DNA of 64,000 bases from contig DAOPYQ010000003.1 in assembly GCA_035352955.1 (NCBI GenBank), positions 76,901-140,900 of the forward strand. Direction: 5' to 3'. The notes below the pieces were generated by a model that saw nothing but the letters and a program-made list of their open reading frames with translations, was not told the DNA's origin and made no database searches. The DNA comes from Candidatus Omnitrophota bacterium (GTDB lineage Bacteria; Omnitrophota; Omnitrophia; Omnitrophales; Aquincolibacteriaceae). This document shows, one piece after another, positions 54,099 to 63,925 of the stretch; positions within the stretch are counted from its first letter, which is position 1, and every line of letters starts with the position of its first letter. Position numbers and translations under genes: made by a program.

Positions 54099-54467
54099 CT
54101 AGCTTCCTATCAGTTTCTGAATGGTTTGTTTGAACGTTTCCTGATTGAACGGCTTCGTCAGGTAGGCATCGGCGCCGACTTCTTCGGCCATTTTCTTGTC
54201 GGCCACGCTTCCTTTTGCGGAAAAAATAACAATGGGAATGTGGTCATACGTCTTGTCGAACTTGAGCATCCGGCAAACCTTGTAACCGTCCAACTTGGGA
54301 AGCATCAGATCGAGAAGGATCATATCGGGACTTTCCTTGCGGGCCGTATTGAGCCCTTCCTGCCCGTCCCTCGCCGTCAGGACCTCGTAGCCGAGCGCGA
54401 TGAGGCGCGCCTCCACGATCGAAAGAATGTCCGGCTCATCGTCCACAACCAAAATTCTTTTTTTCAT
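54099..54467 (-). CDS. single-domain response regulator (CheY/PilH-like receiver)
   Basis: ILVVDDEPD...ILLDLMLPKLDG...FSAKG...YLTKPF. No output domain. Confidence 0.92.
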   Translation of the reverse strand: MKKRILVVDDEPDILSIVEARLIALGYEVLTARDGQEGLNTARKESPDMILLDLMLPKLDGYKVCRMLKFDKTYDHIPIVIFSAKGSVADKKMAEEVGADAYLTKPFNQETFKQTIQKLIGS

Positions 54468-54584
54468 TGTTCGCTCCGTCCTTTATCTTATCAAGAGAAC
54501 ATACGGAATACCACACTGCCGGAAACCCAAGTCCCCGGTCGACCCCAGATGAAATATCGACACAACCGACGCGAACTGAATCAA

Positions 54585-55199
54585 TTACGAACGCTTGGCG
54601 AGATACGCTTCGAGGAGCTTCCGGAGCTTGGAAAAAGCCTTCCCGCGGTGGGACACGACATGTTTCATCACCGGAGGCACTTCACCAAACGTTTTCTGGT
54701 ACGGCGGATAGAAAAAAAGAGGGTCGTAACCGAATCCCCCGGCACCTTGCAACTCGCGCGTGATCAGGCCATGAACTTGCCCGCGAACGACCCCGACCAG
54801 TCGGTCGGGTTCCGCAAGCGCGATAGCGGATTCGTAATACGCCGTACGTTTTTCATCGGGTACGTCCTTGAGGGAAGCGAGAAGCTTTTCATTATTGGAC
54901 TCATCCGTGCGATACTCGGAGAACCGGGCAGAAAAAACGCCAGGGGCCCCGCCGAGAGCTTCGCAGCAGATCCCGGAATCCTCTCCGATCGTGAGCATCC
55001 CGGTTTGTTCGGCATAGCCGAGCGCCTTGATCTTGGCGTTCTCTTCAAACGTCCTTCCGGTCTCTTCGACACTGGACACTTGCGGGAAGTCCTTGAGACT
55101 GAGACAGCGGACCGGGAGACCGACCACAAGGTCCTGGAGTTCCTTGAGCTTTTTCAGGTTCGACGTGGCCAACAAAAGCCGGACGGGTTCCTCAGACAT
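54585..55199 (-). CDS. rdgB: non-canonical purine NTP (dITP/XTP) pyrophosphatase
   Basis: [14 protein letters not shown]...[21 protein letters not shown]...GFGYDPLF...HRGKA. The start at 55199 overlaps the rph stop by 8 nt. Confidence 0.9.
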   Translation of the reverse strand: MSEEPVRLLLATSNLKKLKELQDLVVGLPVRCLSLKDFPQVSSVEETGRTFEENAKIKALGYAEQTGMLTIGEDSGICCEALGGAPGVFSARFSEYRTDESNNEKLLASLKDVPDEKRTAYYESAIALAEPDRLVGVVRGQVHGLITRELQGAGGFGYDPLFFYPPYQKTFGEVPPVMKHVVSHRGKAFSKLRKLLEAYLAKRS

Positions 55200-55902
55200 T
55201 TTTTTTCTGGATCGCCGAAAGTTCGCGGATCCCTTTTTTGCCAAGTTTCAGGAGCTGCATGAGTTTCGCCTCGGAAAAGGGTTTTCCCTCGGCCGTCCCC
55301 TGGACTTCCACCAGCTTGCCGGAGCCCGTCATGACAACATTCATATCGACCTCGGCCGTGGAATCTTCCGCATAACAAAGGTCGAGCACGGCATTCCCGT
55401 TCACCACTCCGACGCTCACGGCCGCAACGGAATCAAGGACCGGACTTTTTTTGAGAAGCCCCTGGTCCATCAGCTTTTTCACGGCATGCATCAGGGCGAT
55501 ATAACAGCCGGTGATCGACGCGGTACGCGTCCCGCCGTCGCCCTGAATCACGTCCGCATCAAGCCAGATCGTCCTCTCGCCGAGATTTTTAAGGTCCACG
55601 ATCGAACGAAGGCTCCGCCCGATCAACCGCTGGATCTCCTGCGTGCGACCCGAGAGTTTTCCTTTGGCGGCTTCGCGCGCGATACGTTCATTGCACGACG
55701 CGGGCAACATCCCGTACTCCGCAGTCACCCAGCCCTTTCCCTCAACCTTGCAGAAAAAAGGGACTTTTTCCTCAACCGAAGCCGTGCAGATCACCTTGGT
55801 GTCGCCCATCTCGATCAGACAGGAACCGTGCGCGTTCTTCAGATAATTTGTCCGGACGGTCACGTTGCGAAGCTGGTCGTTTTTGCGTTTATCGATCCTC
55901 AA
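55192..55902 (-). CDS. rph: ribonuclease PH
   Basis: [32 protein letters not shown]...[15 protein letters not shown]...[19 protein letters not shown] pattern. Confidence 0.95.
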   Translation of the reverse strand: MRIDKRKNDQLRNVTVRTNYLKNAHGSCLIEMGDTKVICTASVEEKVPFFCKVEGKGWVTAEYGMLPASCNERIAREAAKGKLSGRTQEIQRLIGRSLRSIVDLKNLGERTIWLDADVIQGDGGTRTASITGCYIALMHAVKKLMDQGLLKKSPVLDSVAAVSVGVVNGNAVLDLCYAEDSTAEVDMNVVMTGSGKLVEVQGTAEGKPFSEAKLMQLLKLGKKGIRELSAIQKKNV

Positions 55903-55911
55903 GAGATCCTC

Positions 55912-56625
55912 CTATCGGATGTTAAGTACTTTATGGAGCTGGACGCCGACCCGCACGTCCGGAAGCCGGCGGCTCCCAAAACGTTGCAGGGTGTTCAAAA
56001 GTTTCATCAGTCGAGGATCGTCGTACCCTTCCCGCCCCCGGCTCGCGGGCTGTAAAAAAACAGGAGTCGCGGGCGCAACGGCCGCCACCATACAAAGGTG
56101 ATCATCATACTCGATCTCATCAATGTCTTTGGAGACCACGATCTTCAGATAGGTCTCCTTCCCCCGCGCAATCTTAAGGAATTTCGCGTGATCATCAAGA
56201 AAATCCTTTTCATGGCTGACGCTTGAAAGCTTGAGGTCCATCGCGATCAAGTCGCAATCTTTCACCACGTCTTCGAGCGCCTGCCAAAGGATCCCGTTCG
56301 TTTCGAGCAAAATCTTGTAATGTTTCTCGCGGAGACGGTGACAGAGCGGTTTCAGGAACGGCACGTAAAGGAGCGGCTCGCCGCCGGTGAGGCTCACGTA
56401 AGCGTGCGGCCCCGCCTCCGTCTCAAGCCGGTCAATCTCGGCCACCACTTCATCGACCGACATCTCCCGGCCTTCCCGGCCGAGTTCATCGCAGTATTCG
56501 CATTCTATGTGGCATTCTTCGAACCGGACGAACAGATGCCGCTCTCCCATTCTCGGGCCTTCGCCCTGAAGCGAGGAAAAGATCTCGGTGATACGCGCCC
56601 GGTCAGCGGTCGGAGGGTGTTTCAT
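55912..56625 (-). CDS. queE: 7-carboxy-7-deazaguanine synthase (radical SAM)
   Basis: ITEIFSSLQGEGPRMGERHLFVRFEECHIECEYCD. I prefer the ATG at 56625; the track start at 56661 is a TTG deep inside queC. Confidence 0.9.
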   Translation of the reverse strand: MKHPPTADRARITEIFSSLQGEGPRMGERHLFVRFEECHIECEYCDELGREGREMSVDEVVAEIDRLETEAGPHAYVSLTGGEPLLYVPFLKPLCHRLREKHYKILLETNGILWQALEDVVKDCDLIAMDLKLSSVSHEKDFLDDHAKFLKIARGKETYLKIVVSKDIDEIEYDDHLCMVAAVAPATPVFLQPASRGREGYDDPRLMKLLNTLQRFGSRRLPDVRVGVQLHKVLNIR

Positions 56626-57295
56626 AAGATAAGAGCGGATCCGCAAACCCTGCTTCCGCAAAGCCTTTAGCGCGGAGCAAGCAGGAGTCGCACTCTCCGC
56701 AGGGCTTGTCGCTTCCTTCGTAGCAAGACCACGTCCGCTCGAAAGGAACGCCGAGTTTTTGACCGAGAAGGACGATCTCCTTTTTGGATAATCGGATGAG
56801 CGGCGCCTTGATCTCGATGCGTTTGCCTTCGATGCCAGCCCGAGTCCCGAGATTCACGGCATCCGCAAACGCTTGGAGATACTCCGGACGGCAATCCGGA
56901 TAACCGCTGTAATCCAGCGCGTTGACCCCGATGAAAACAGTACCGGCCTGAACGATCTCCGCGCAAGAAATGGCCATGGCAAGAAACACGCTGTTCCGCC
57001 CTGGGACGTACGTCGCCGGGATCCCGCCGCCGGAGATCGTCGCCGCGTCCCGGTGCTTCGGAAGCGGCGCTTTTTCGTCCAGGAGCGCGCTCCCCTTCCA
57101 CGGCATGCTGAGCGACGCGAAGTAGTGCTTGAGTCCGAGCGATCGCGTCATGTTCTGGGCGAGGGATATTTCCTTGTAATGACGCTGGCCGTACTCGATC
57201 GAAAGCGCGACGGGTTCGAAGCCCTCCCGGCGCGCGGCATACAAAGTGACGGTCGAATCGAGCCCTCCGGACAAAAGACAAACAGCCCGGTTCAT
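56603..57295 (-). CDS. queC: 7-cyano-7-deazaguanine synthase
   Basis: AVCLLSGGLDSTV and the C-terminal Zn cysteines CYEGSDKPCGECDSCLLR. Confidence 0.94.
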   Translation of the reverse strand: MNRAVCLLSGGLDSTVTLYAARREGFEPVALSIEYGQRHYKEISLAQNMTRSLGLKHYFASLSMPWKGSALLDEKAPLPKHRDAATISGGGIPATYVPGRNSVFLAMAISCAEIVQAGTVFIGVNALDYSGYPDCRPEYLQAFADAVNLGTRAGIEGKRIEIKAPLIRLSKKEIVLLGQKLGVPFERTWSCYEGSDKPCGECDSCLLRAKGFAEAGFADPLLSYETPSDR

Positions 57296-58161
57296 GGGAT
57301 TTTAACGACCTTGACGCTTTTGAGCTCTTCACCGAGGAACGCTTCGCCGATCCGCGCAAAATTGCGGACATAATCCGTCACACGGATCTTGAGCGGCGCA
57401 CGACGGTCCGCACGGCAGAGGATCCCCCGTCTTTCGAGGAGCGCTTTCAGCTTCAACACCGTCGGGATCGCGGAATCGATCAACCGCACCTTCGGGCCCA
57501 TCACACGGGCAATCACTTTCCCAAGCAACGGATAATGCGTGCAACCGAGGATGAGCGTGTCGATGTTCTTCCTTTTGATCGGAGCGAGATACTTTTTCGC
57601 AGTACCCAAAGCGATCGCATCCTCGAGCCAGCCTTCCTCGGCAAGGTTCACGAAAAGCGGACAGGCCTTCAAAAAATATTCTGCGTCGATGGCGCGGTCC
57701 GTTAACGCTTTGGCGTAACTTCCGCTTTCGATCGTGGCGTTCGTGGCAATCACCCCGATACGGCGGTTGCTCGTGGAAGCCAGCGCTTCTTCCGCGGCAG
57801 GCGTGATCACATCAAGGACCGGAACGGGAAGCGTCCGGCAAAGGGTCTTATACGCAACGCTGGAGGCAGAGTTACATGCGATGACAAGCGCCTTGACCTT
57901 CTGCTTGAGAAGGTAACGGGCGCACTCTTCAGAGCGTCGGCGGATTTCATCCGTGGACTTGGTGCCGTAAGGAAGATGGGCCAGATCGCCCAGATAAAGA
58001 ATCTCCTCGGCAGGAAGCATCCGGCGAAGCTGCCGGACAACGGTCAGGCCGCCGAGGCCCGAATCAAAAACACCAATGGGCCGCTTCGAGAAACGGGCGG
58101 ACATCGCCTTCGCTTCTGATTTTGTCGCGGGCCGAAAAACAACGGAAGGCATGCGAGACAC
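57292..58161 (-). CDS. murI: glutamate racemase
   Basis: IGVFDSGLGGLTV...ACNSAS...LGCTHYPLL. The start at 58161 is a GTG. The ATGs at 58152 or 58104 (MSARFSKRPIGVFDSG) are alternatives. Confidence 0.92.
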   Translation of the reverse strand: MSRMPSVVFRPATKSEAKAMSARFSKRPIGVFDSGLGGLTVVRQLRRMLPAEEILYLGDLAHLPYGTKSTDEIRRRSEECARYLLKQKVKALVIACNSASSVAYKTLCRTLPVPVLDVITPAAEEALASTSNRRIGVIATNATIESGSYAKALTDRAIDAEYFLKACPLFVNLAEEGWLEDAIALGTAKKYLAPIKRKNIDTLILGCTHYPLLGKVIARVMGPKVRLIDSAIPTVLKLKALLERRGILCRADRRAPLKIRVTDYVRNFARIGEAFLGEELKSVKVVKIP

Positions 58162-58185
58162 CTTAATTCGTCCGGGGCGGCAACA

Positions 58186-59253
58186 TCACAGGACGCTCAC
58201 TTTTTTCATCGCGTCTTTGATACGGCCCAGACCTTCTTCCATTTGCTTGATATCAAGGGCATAACTGAGACGCAGTCGCTCGGGCGCCCCGAACCATTCT
58301 CCCAAATAGGCGATAACTTTGTATTCCTGAACCAGGACGCTCAGGAACTTGCGCGCATTATTGCACTTGGGCAGCACATAAAAAGCGCCTTCCGGTTTCC
58401 AAAGGTCAAAGCCGAGATTCAAAAGCCCCTGGTAAATAAAATCCCGCCGCTCGCGCCAGACAAGTTGCTGCTTCTTGATATAGTCCTTGGGCGCTTTCAT
58501 GGCATGGAGGGCCATGTCCTGTCCGACAAGGTTGGTATTCATGGAAGTATGGGTTTTTTCTTCGCAGACATCCTCCACCACCTTCTTGTCCGCGCTCCAT
58601 AAATAGCCGACCCGCACTCCGCACATGCAATAGGTCTTGGAAAAGGAATTGACCGTAATCACATGATCGCCCTGGAGATGATAATTTTCGCGTTCATAGA
58701 TCAGGTCCTTATAAACTTCGTCCGAGACCACATAAACACCGAGCTTTTGCGTAACCCGTTCGATCTCCTTAAGCGTTTCGATCGACTCCACGCACCCCGT
58801 GGGATTGGAAGGTGAGTTAATGAGCACGGCTTTACATCCCACAACCTTCTTTTTAAAATCCTCGATATCGATCCGTCCCCCAACCAGGTCTGTATAGACA
58901 GGAACCATGCCGGCCATTTCGATAATGGGAGGATAAGAATAGTAGTAAGGCCGGGGCAAAAGAATCTTCCCGCCTTTGCCCCAACTCCGGAAAATAAGGT
59001 CCAGCGCCTCGGAAGCGCCGTTTGTGATGACGAAGTTTTCGGCCGTAGATCCGGAATATTCATGGCTCAGGGCTTCTCTCAATTTGAACTCGCCCTGGAT
59101 AAGCCCGTAACGAAGATCCCTTTTTAAATGAATGCCCTCAAAGGCTTCGCTGGGAGGAGGCAGATCGGGCTGACCGGACCCGAAACTGATGTATCCCTGG
59201 CCTTGCTTGCCGATAAAATCCGCCGGACTTTTAAGTTTAAGAAGTTCAGACAT
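58186..59253 (-). CDS. pyridoxal-phosphate-dependent aminotransferase (class I/II)
   Basis: NPTG, and SFSKTYCMCGVRVGY (the PLP lysine motif). Confidence 0.88.
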   Translation of the reverse strand: MSELLKLKSPADFIGKQGQGYISFGSGQPDLPPPSEAFEGIHLKRDLRYGLIQGEFKLREALSHEYSGSTAENFVITNGASEALDLIFRSWGKGGKILLPRPYYYSYPPIIEMAGMVPVYTDLVGGRIDIEDFKKKVVGCKAVLINSPSNPTGCVESIETLKEIERVTQKLGVYVVSDEVYKDLIYERENYHLQGDHVITVNSFSKTYCMCGVRVGYLWSADKKVVEDVCEEKTHTSMNTNLVGQDMALHAMKAPKDYIKKQQLVWRERRDFIYQGLLNLGFDLWKPEGAFYVLPKCNNARKFLSVLVQEYKVIAYLGEWFGAPERLRLSYALDIKQMEEGLGRIKDAMKKVSVL

Positions 59254-59380
59254 GGCAGAACCCGAATTCCGGCAGCGACTCGAGCCGAACAGGCACTGTC
59301 CGATACGCTTCGTTCATCAACATGACATCCCACGCTCTTTCCGAGAAATGATTCTCATAAGTTCATCCGTTAAGACAACG

Positions 59381-59665
59381 TTACTTCTCATCTTCATCAT
59401 CGTCCGCTTCCTCGTCTTCCATTTCCGGCGCCTCGTCATCGATGATGCAAATCACTTCGTCCCGCTGCACTGTTTCGTCTTCGTCAAAATAAACTTCGGT
59501 GAGGATCCCCGAAGCCGGCGCCGAGATCACCACGACCGAATCCTCGGTCACAAGCTCGACCAGATCGTCACCCTCATTCACCGGATCCCCTTCTTCAATG
59601 AACCACTTCTTGATGGCAGCCTCGTCAACTTTCGAACCAAGACCTTTTGCAAGGACTTCAATCAT
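59381..59665 (-). CDS. lipoyl/biotinyl-domain-like small protein lacking the modifiable lysine, with an acidic tail
   Basis: 94 aa. The fold pattern ...GDDLVELVTEDSVVVISAPASGILTEVYF...DEVICII aligns to lipoyl/BCCP domains. Asp/Ser sits where the DKA/MKM lysine belongs. The C-terminus is EMEDEEADDDEDEK. RBS AAGGGAGA; 37 nt downstream of lipA. Confidence 0.7.
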   Translation of the reverse strand: MIEVLAKGLGSKVDEAAIKKWFIEEGDPVNEGDDLVELVTEDSVVVISAPASGILTEVYFDEDETVQRDEVICIIDDEAPEMEDEEADDDEDEK

Positions 59666-59702
59666 CTTCCGATCTCCCTTTTATTGGAATTTTTAGGACC
59701 GG

Positions 59703-60605
59703 TCAGATACCGGTCTGCGTTTCCGCCGTCCCAAGGGTCCGCTCCGCGCCGGGGCCCGCAAAGGTTTCCTTCGCATGATATGAACTCCTCACGTACGCCC
59801 CGGAAGAAACCTTGTCGAACCCCATGGCCCGAAGCTTCCGGGCCAGGTCTTCAAATTTCTCCGGTGAAACATATTCTTGCACTTCAATGTTTTTGGGTCC
59901 CGGCTGGAGATACTGCCCAAGCGTCAGAATGCTAACGCCCACGGAAAGCAGGTGCCGGCCGGTTTCAAGGATTTCAGGAACGGTTTCACCGAGCCCCAAC
60001 ATCAGGCCGCTTTTTGTGACCCGCTCCGGCGCCAAGCGTTTGGCGGTCTCAAGCGTCTTCAGAGAACACTGATAATCCGCCTGAGGCCGGACGAACGCCT
60101 GAAGGCGCTCGACCGTCTCAAGATTATGATTAAAAACGTCGGGCGCGGACTCCACCACGCGACCGATCAGCGCTTCGCGCGCATGGAAATCCGGTGTCAG
60201 CACCTCAACCCGCGAATCGGGAATTTCCCGTTTCACGGCGCCGACCGTTTCGGCATAATGACCCGAACCTTCGTCCGCAAGGTCATCCCGCGTGACAGAA
60301 GTGATCACCACATATTTCAGCCCCAACTCCTTGGCCGCAAAAGCAACGCGCTCCGGCTCATCCGCCCGCAACATCTCCGGACGGCCGGTCCGCACGGCAC
60401 AAAAACCGCAGTGGCGCGTGCAAATCTCTCCGAGGATCATAAACGTGGCCGTATCCCGGGCGTAACATTCGTGGCAGTTCGGACACCTCGCGGAGCGGCA
60501 CACGGTGTTCAGCTGATATTTTTTCAGGATCGCGTGCGTCTTCTCGGCAGAGTCTTCAGGCAGAGAACGCCTCAACCAATCGGGGAATCTTCTAAAGGAA
60601 CGCAC
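59703..60605 (-). CDS. lipA: lipoyl synthase
   Basis: Two cysteine clusters, CRSARCPNCHEC and CTRHCGFC (radical SAM CxxxCxxC). Confidence 0.95.
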   Translation of the reverse strand: MRSFRRFPDWLRRSLPEDSAEKTHAILKKYQLNTVCRSARCPNCHECYARDTATFMILGEICTRHCGFCAVRTGRPEMLRADEPERVAFAAKELGLKYVVITSVTRDDLADEGSGHYAETVGAVKREIPDSRVEVLTPDFHAREALIGRVVESAPDVFNHNLETVERLQAFVRPQADYQCSLKTLETAKRLAPERVTKSGLMLGLGETVPEILETGRHLLSVGVSILTLGQYLQPGPKNIEVQEYVSPEKFEDLARKLRAMGFDKVSSGAYVRSSYHAKETFAGPGAERTLGTAETQTGI

Positions 60606-60732
60606 CAGAGGTCCTTTACATTAAACCGGGTTCACAACGCGAAATGAGTGTGGATTTTAATCGGAAAACTCCCGGGGTGTCAAGAGCAACAGACGGCCGG
60701 GAAAGACTCGCAACTCTTTTAAAAAAAACGGT

Positions 60733-61401
60733 TTAACGCAGGAACGGCACAAGCAACGGCCGGGGAATCCCGATATCGGCCACTTCGATCTTTCCGGCAT
60801 GCGCCGGACCTTCCTGGCGGGTCAATCCACGCTTCGGAAGCCCCAGCGTCACGGTCCGTTCTGCCGTCACCGCATCCCCGTGAATTTCCCCCGTATCCGC
60901 GTCAAGACCTGAGGGAATATCAATACTCACGACCGGCCGGCCGCTCCGGCGAATCGCCCGGATCGCGGAAGCGAACACCCCGCGGACCGGGCTGTTAAGG
61001 CCAATCCCGAAGATCGCATCCACAATCACCGCCGCCTTCCGGCTACAGGCTTCGAAAACACGTTCTGTCATTTTGGGACGAGCCAACGTCATCGGGATCT
61101 TCATTTTCCGGGCGATCCTGAAATTAAGAAGCGGGTCGGGTTTCAATTGCTCAGGATCCTCGAGAAGAACGACGCGCACGGGACTGCCGTGATTGACCAG
61201 ATCGCGGGCAACCACAAGACCGTCGCCTCCGTTATTCCCCTTCCCCGCAAAGACCAGGACCGGGCAGTTTCCGTATTCACGGATCACGGCACTCGCAACC
61301 GCGCGACCGGCGTTCTCCATTAAGAGAATGGAAGGAATGGAATATTTCTCGATCGAGGCCTGATCAAGACGCCTCATCTGCTCCGATGTGACGGCTTTCA
61401 C
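60733..61401 (-). CDS. nnrE: NAD(P)H-hydrate epimerase (YjeF N-terminal domain only)
   Basis: LMENAGRAV...VFAGKGNNGGDGLVVARDL...DAIFGIGL. Confidence 0.88.
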   Translation of the reverse strand: MKAVTSEQMRRLDQASIEKYSIPSILLMENAGRAVASAVIREYGNCPVLVFAGKGNNGGDGLVVARDLVNHGSPVRVVLLEDPEQLKPDPLLNFRIARKMKIPMTLARPKMTERVFEACSRKAAVIVDAIFGIGLNSPVRGVFASAIRAIRRSGRPVVSIDIPSGLDADTGEIHGDAVTAERTVTLGLPKRGLTRQEGPAHAGKIEVADIGIPRPLLVPFLR

Positions 61402-61410
61402 GCCGGCCTC

Positions 61411-62865
61411 TTACGGATTCTTTTTTTCCGGAGAAACCGAAGGACGCCCGACAGGTCCGCGGACGGCGGGTTTTGCTCCAGTATCCATCACGGCTGATTC
61501 GTTGCCGAGAAAAACCGTCAATTTCTGAAACCCCAGCCGGAGCGTGTCAAGACTCCGGCCCCAGGTCCCGAGTTCGCGGGTCGCGGCCGTGATCTTCCGC
61601 TCCATGCGACTCCGATAACGGCGGTGTTCTTCCTCGATTTTTCCGCACCGGGTTTCGAAATCCAAAAGCTTCGCTTCGTAGGCCTTCCGCTCCTGCGTCA
61701 ACCGGGTATACTCCAGACGCAAGGCATCGCACTCCTGAGCCTTCGCGGCAAGCTCCCCCACCCGTTTTTCCAAAGCCACCAGAGCGTTATCCCTCGCGCG
61801 GAGCGCTTCCTCCTTGACCCGAAGTTCTTCCGCGACGACCGCGGAATTCCGCTCAAACGCGTCAATCTTTTTCAAAGCTTCTCTTTCGCGTTCTTGGATG
61901 CTGCTCAGTTCCCGGGACAAAAGTTCCATGGCCTTGGATTTTTCAACGATCTCGTTTTCAAACGTCTGCGCTTTGTCCATCCAGCGTTGTACTTCAGACT
62001 GTTTCGCGTTGGACTCCGATTCCTTCTGGGTTAAAAGCCGTTCCAGCTCCTCGGCCCGCGCGGCAGATTCCCGGATCTTTTCTAATTCAGCGGACAGCTG
62101 CGCCAGCTCTTCCGTTTTCCTCGCGAGCGCATCTTCGAGCTCATAGACCCGGTCGCCGAGCGCCGTTGCCTTAAACCGCCATTCGTCAGACTCCTCTTTC
62201 TTCTGGGCCTCGCGACGCCGCATCTCCTCCCGAAGGCCTTCATCGTCTTGCGCGGGCACTTCGTGAACAGACGGCTCCGGCGCCGAAGCGGGTGCCTCAA
62301 AAACCTGCGGCGGGGCCTCCTGGATCTTTTCGAGCTTTTCCGAAAGATCTTTCGCCCGCTTTTTCCAATCCGCATCTTCAGCGACCGGCGGCACGGGAGA
62401 AATCCCGGACGCTTCCTGAGAGGTCTTCGACGGAACCTTGGGTTCCTCCTGAGAGATCTCCGGAGAGAAAGACCGGGGGGTCTCACCCTCAACAGGCACC
62501 GATGGAACCGGAGCGGCTTTTCCGGAAGCGGGCTTGGTGCCGTCTTTCAGAAAATAGGAAAGGTCCGGCTTCTGCGGCCAGAGGATCTGATAACAGTTTT
62601 TTTTGATCACTTCGTGGTTAGAGATCTCGGTCACGGTGCCGAGTTTCTGAAAAAAACCTTTGATCCGCGTGGCGGCGGTAAAAGAAAGACCATCGAGAAG
62701 AATGAGGGGAAGATTCGAGATCGCCTGCTCGGCATCACTGCGGTCAAGGTCGAAGATCTCACTCAGCCGTTTGGCGAGATCTTTCTTCTTCTTTGAAGGA
62801 AAGGATTGCAGAATGACGCTCCAGTCCTCAGATTGTTGCGGAGACTTCGCTTCATCCATTGCCAT
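61411..62865 (-). CDS. hypothetical long coiled-coil protein with a small N-terminal globular domain
   Basis: The ATG at 62865 has AGAGAGG 7 nt upstream; the track start at 62928 is a TTG. A Pro/Glu-rich linker is followed by about 250 aa of heptad-like E/K/R/L-rich sequence. Confidence 0.7.
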   Translation of the reverse strand: MAMDEAKSPQQSEDWSVILQSFPSKKKKDLAKRLSEIFDLDRSDAEQAISNLPLILLDGLSFTAATRIKGFFQKLGTVTEISNHEVIKKNCYQILWPQKPDLSYFLKDGTKPASGKAAPVPSVPVEGETPRSFSPEISQEEPKVPSKTSQEASGISPVPPVAEDADWKKRAKDLSEKLEKIQEAPPQVFEAPASAPEPSVHEVPAQDDEGLREEMRRREAQKKEESDEWRFKATALGDRVYELEDALARKTEELAQLSAELEKIRESAARAEELERLLTQKESESNAKQSEVQRWMDKAQTFENEIVEKSKAMELLSRELSSIQEREREALKKIDAFERNSAVVAEELRVKEEALRARDNALVALEKRVGELAAKAQECDALRLEYTRLTQERKAYEAKLLDFETRCGKIEEEHRRYRSRMERKITAATRELGTWGRSLDTLRLGFQKLTVFLGNESAVMDTGAKPAVRGPVGRPSVSPEKKNP

Positions 62866-62962
62866 GACTCGACCTCTCTTTTTGAATTTTCGCTTCGGCC
62901 GGAAAGAGTTTACGGGTATTATACCCAAAAATCAGAAAGGCAAAAGAACATCCTCAAATTTT

Positions 62963-63925
62963 ATGCTCCGTCTCGGTTCTATTAAACTTAAAATACCGGT
63001 CTTTCAGTCCCCCATGGCAGGGTGCACCGATCCGGCCTTCCGTTTGATCGCCCGCGAACACGGACTGGAGCTCGCCTTCACCGAAATGATCTCCGCCGAA
63101 GCACTCGTCCGGGGGCACAAAACAACCGCCGCGTTCCTCCGCCGGGTCCGGGGAGACAAACCTCTCGGCGCGCAACTCGTCGGCCACAATCCAGTCTCCA
63201 TGGGCAAGGCCGCAGCGATTATCGAAGACATGGGACTGGATATCCTCGACCTCAATTGCGGCTGCCCCGTTCGGAAAGTCGTCTCCCCCGGCGCGGGATC
63301 CGCGCTTCTGCAAACTCCGGACCTTGCGAAAAAGATCTTCGCGAGCGTCATGGCACATATCAAAAAAATCCCCGTTACGGTCAAAATGCGGACCGGTTTC
63401 GAGGACGCGTCCGGAAAAGAGGCGGTCCGCCTCGCCCGGATCGCGGAAGATTGCGGGCTTTCGGCCGTCACCGTCCACGGGCGCACCCGGCTTCAGGCCT
63501 ATACCGGAAAAGCGGACTGGAACGCGATCGGCCACATCAAACGATCCGTCAAGATCCCGGTCTTCGGGAACGGCGATATTTTTGCACCCGAAGACGCGGT
63601 CCGCATGCTCGAAACCGCTGGCTGTGACGGGGTTGCCATCGGGCGCGGAGCCCTTGGAAATCCATGGCTTTACGAAGGAATCCTCGCCCTTCTGAAAGGA
63701 AAAACGCCGGCCACGCCGTCATTTGAAGAGAAAAAGCGCGTTGCTCTTAGGCACATCCGTCAGGAAGTGAAATTCGAGGGAGAAAAAACGGGGGTATTAC
63801 AGTCCCGCAAGATCGCCTGCTGGTATTTCAAGGGGTGTCCGAACGTGGCGCAGTTCCGGGAAAAGATCAACCGGGCGAACACACTCCGGGACCTGACCAA
63901 AGAGATCCGGGATTTTGGAACTTAG
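62963..63925 (+). CDS. dusB: tRNA-dihydrouridine synthase
   Basis: KIPVFQSPMAGCTDPAFR...LNCGCP...TVKMR...TVHGRT...GNGDI. I prefer the ATG at 62963. The track ORF start at 62660 is antisense to the neighbouring gene. Confidence 0.92.
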   Translation: MLRLGSIKLKIPVFQSPMAGCTDPAFRLIAREHGLELAFTEMISAEALVRGHKTTAAFLRRVRGDKPLGAQLVGHNPVSMGKAAAIIEDMGLDILDLNCGCPVRKVVSPGAGSALLQTPDLAKKIFASVMAHIKKIPVTVKMRTGFEDASGKEAVRLARIAEDCGLSAVTVHGRTRLQAYTGKADWNAIGHIKRSVKIPVFGNGDIFAPEDAVRMLETAGCDGVAIGRGALGNPWLYEGILALLKGKTPATPSFEEKKRVALRHIRQEVKFEGEKTGVLQSRKIACWYFKGCPNVAQFREKINRANTLRDLTKEIRDFGT

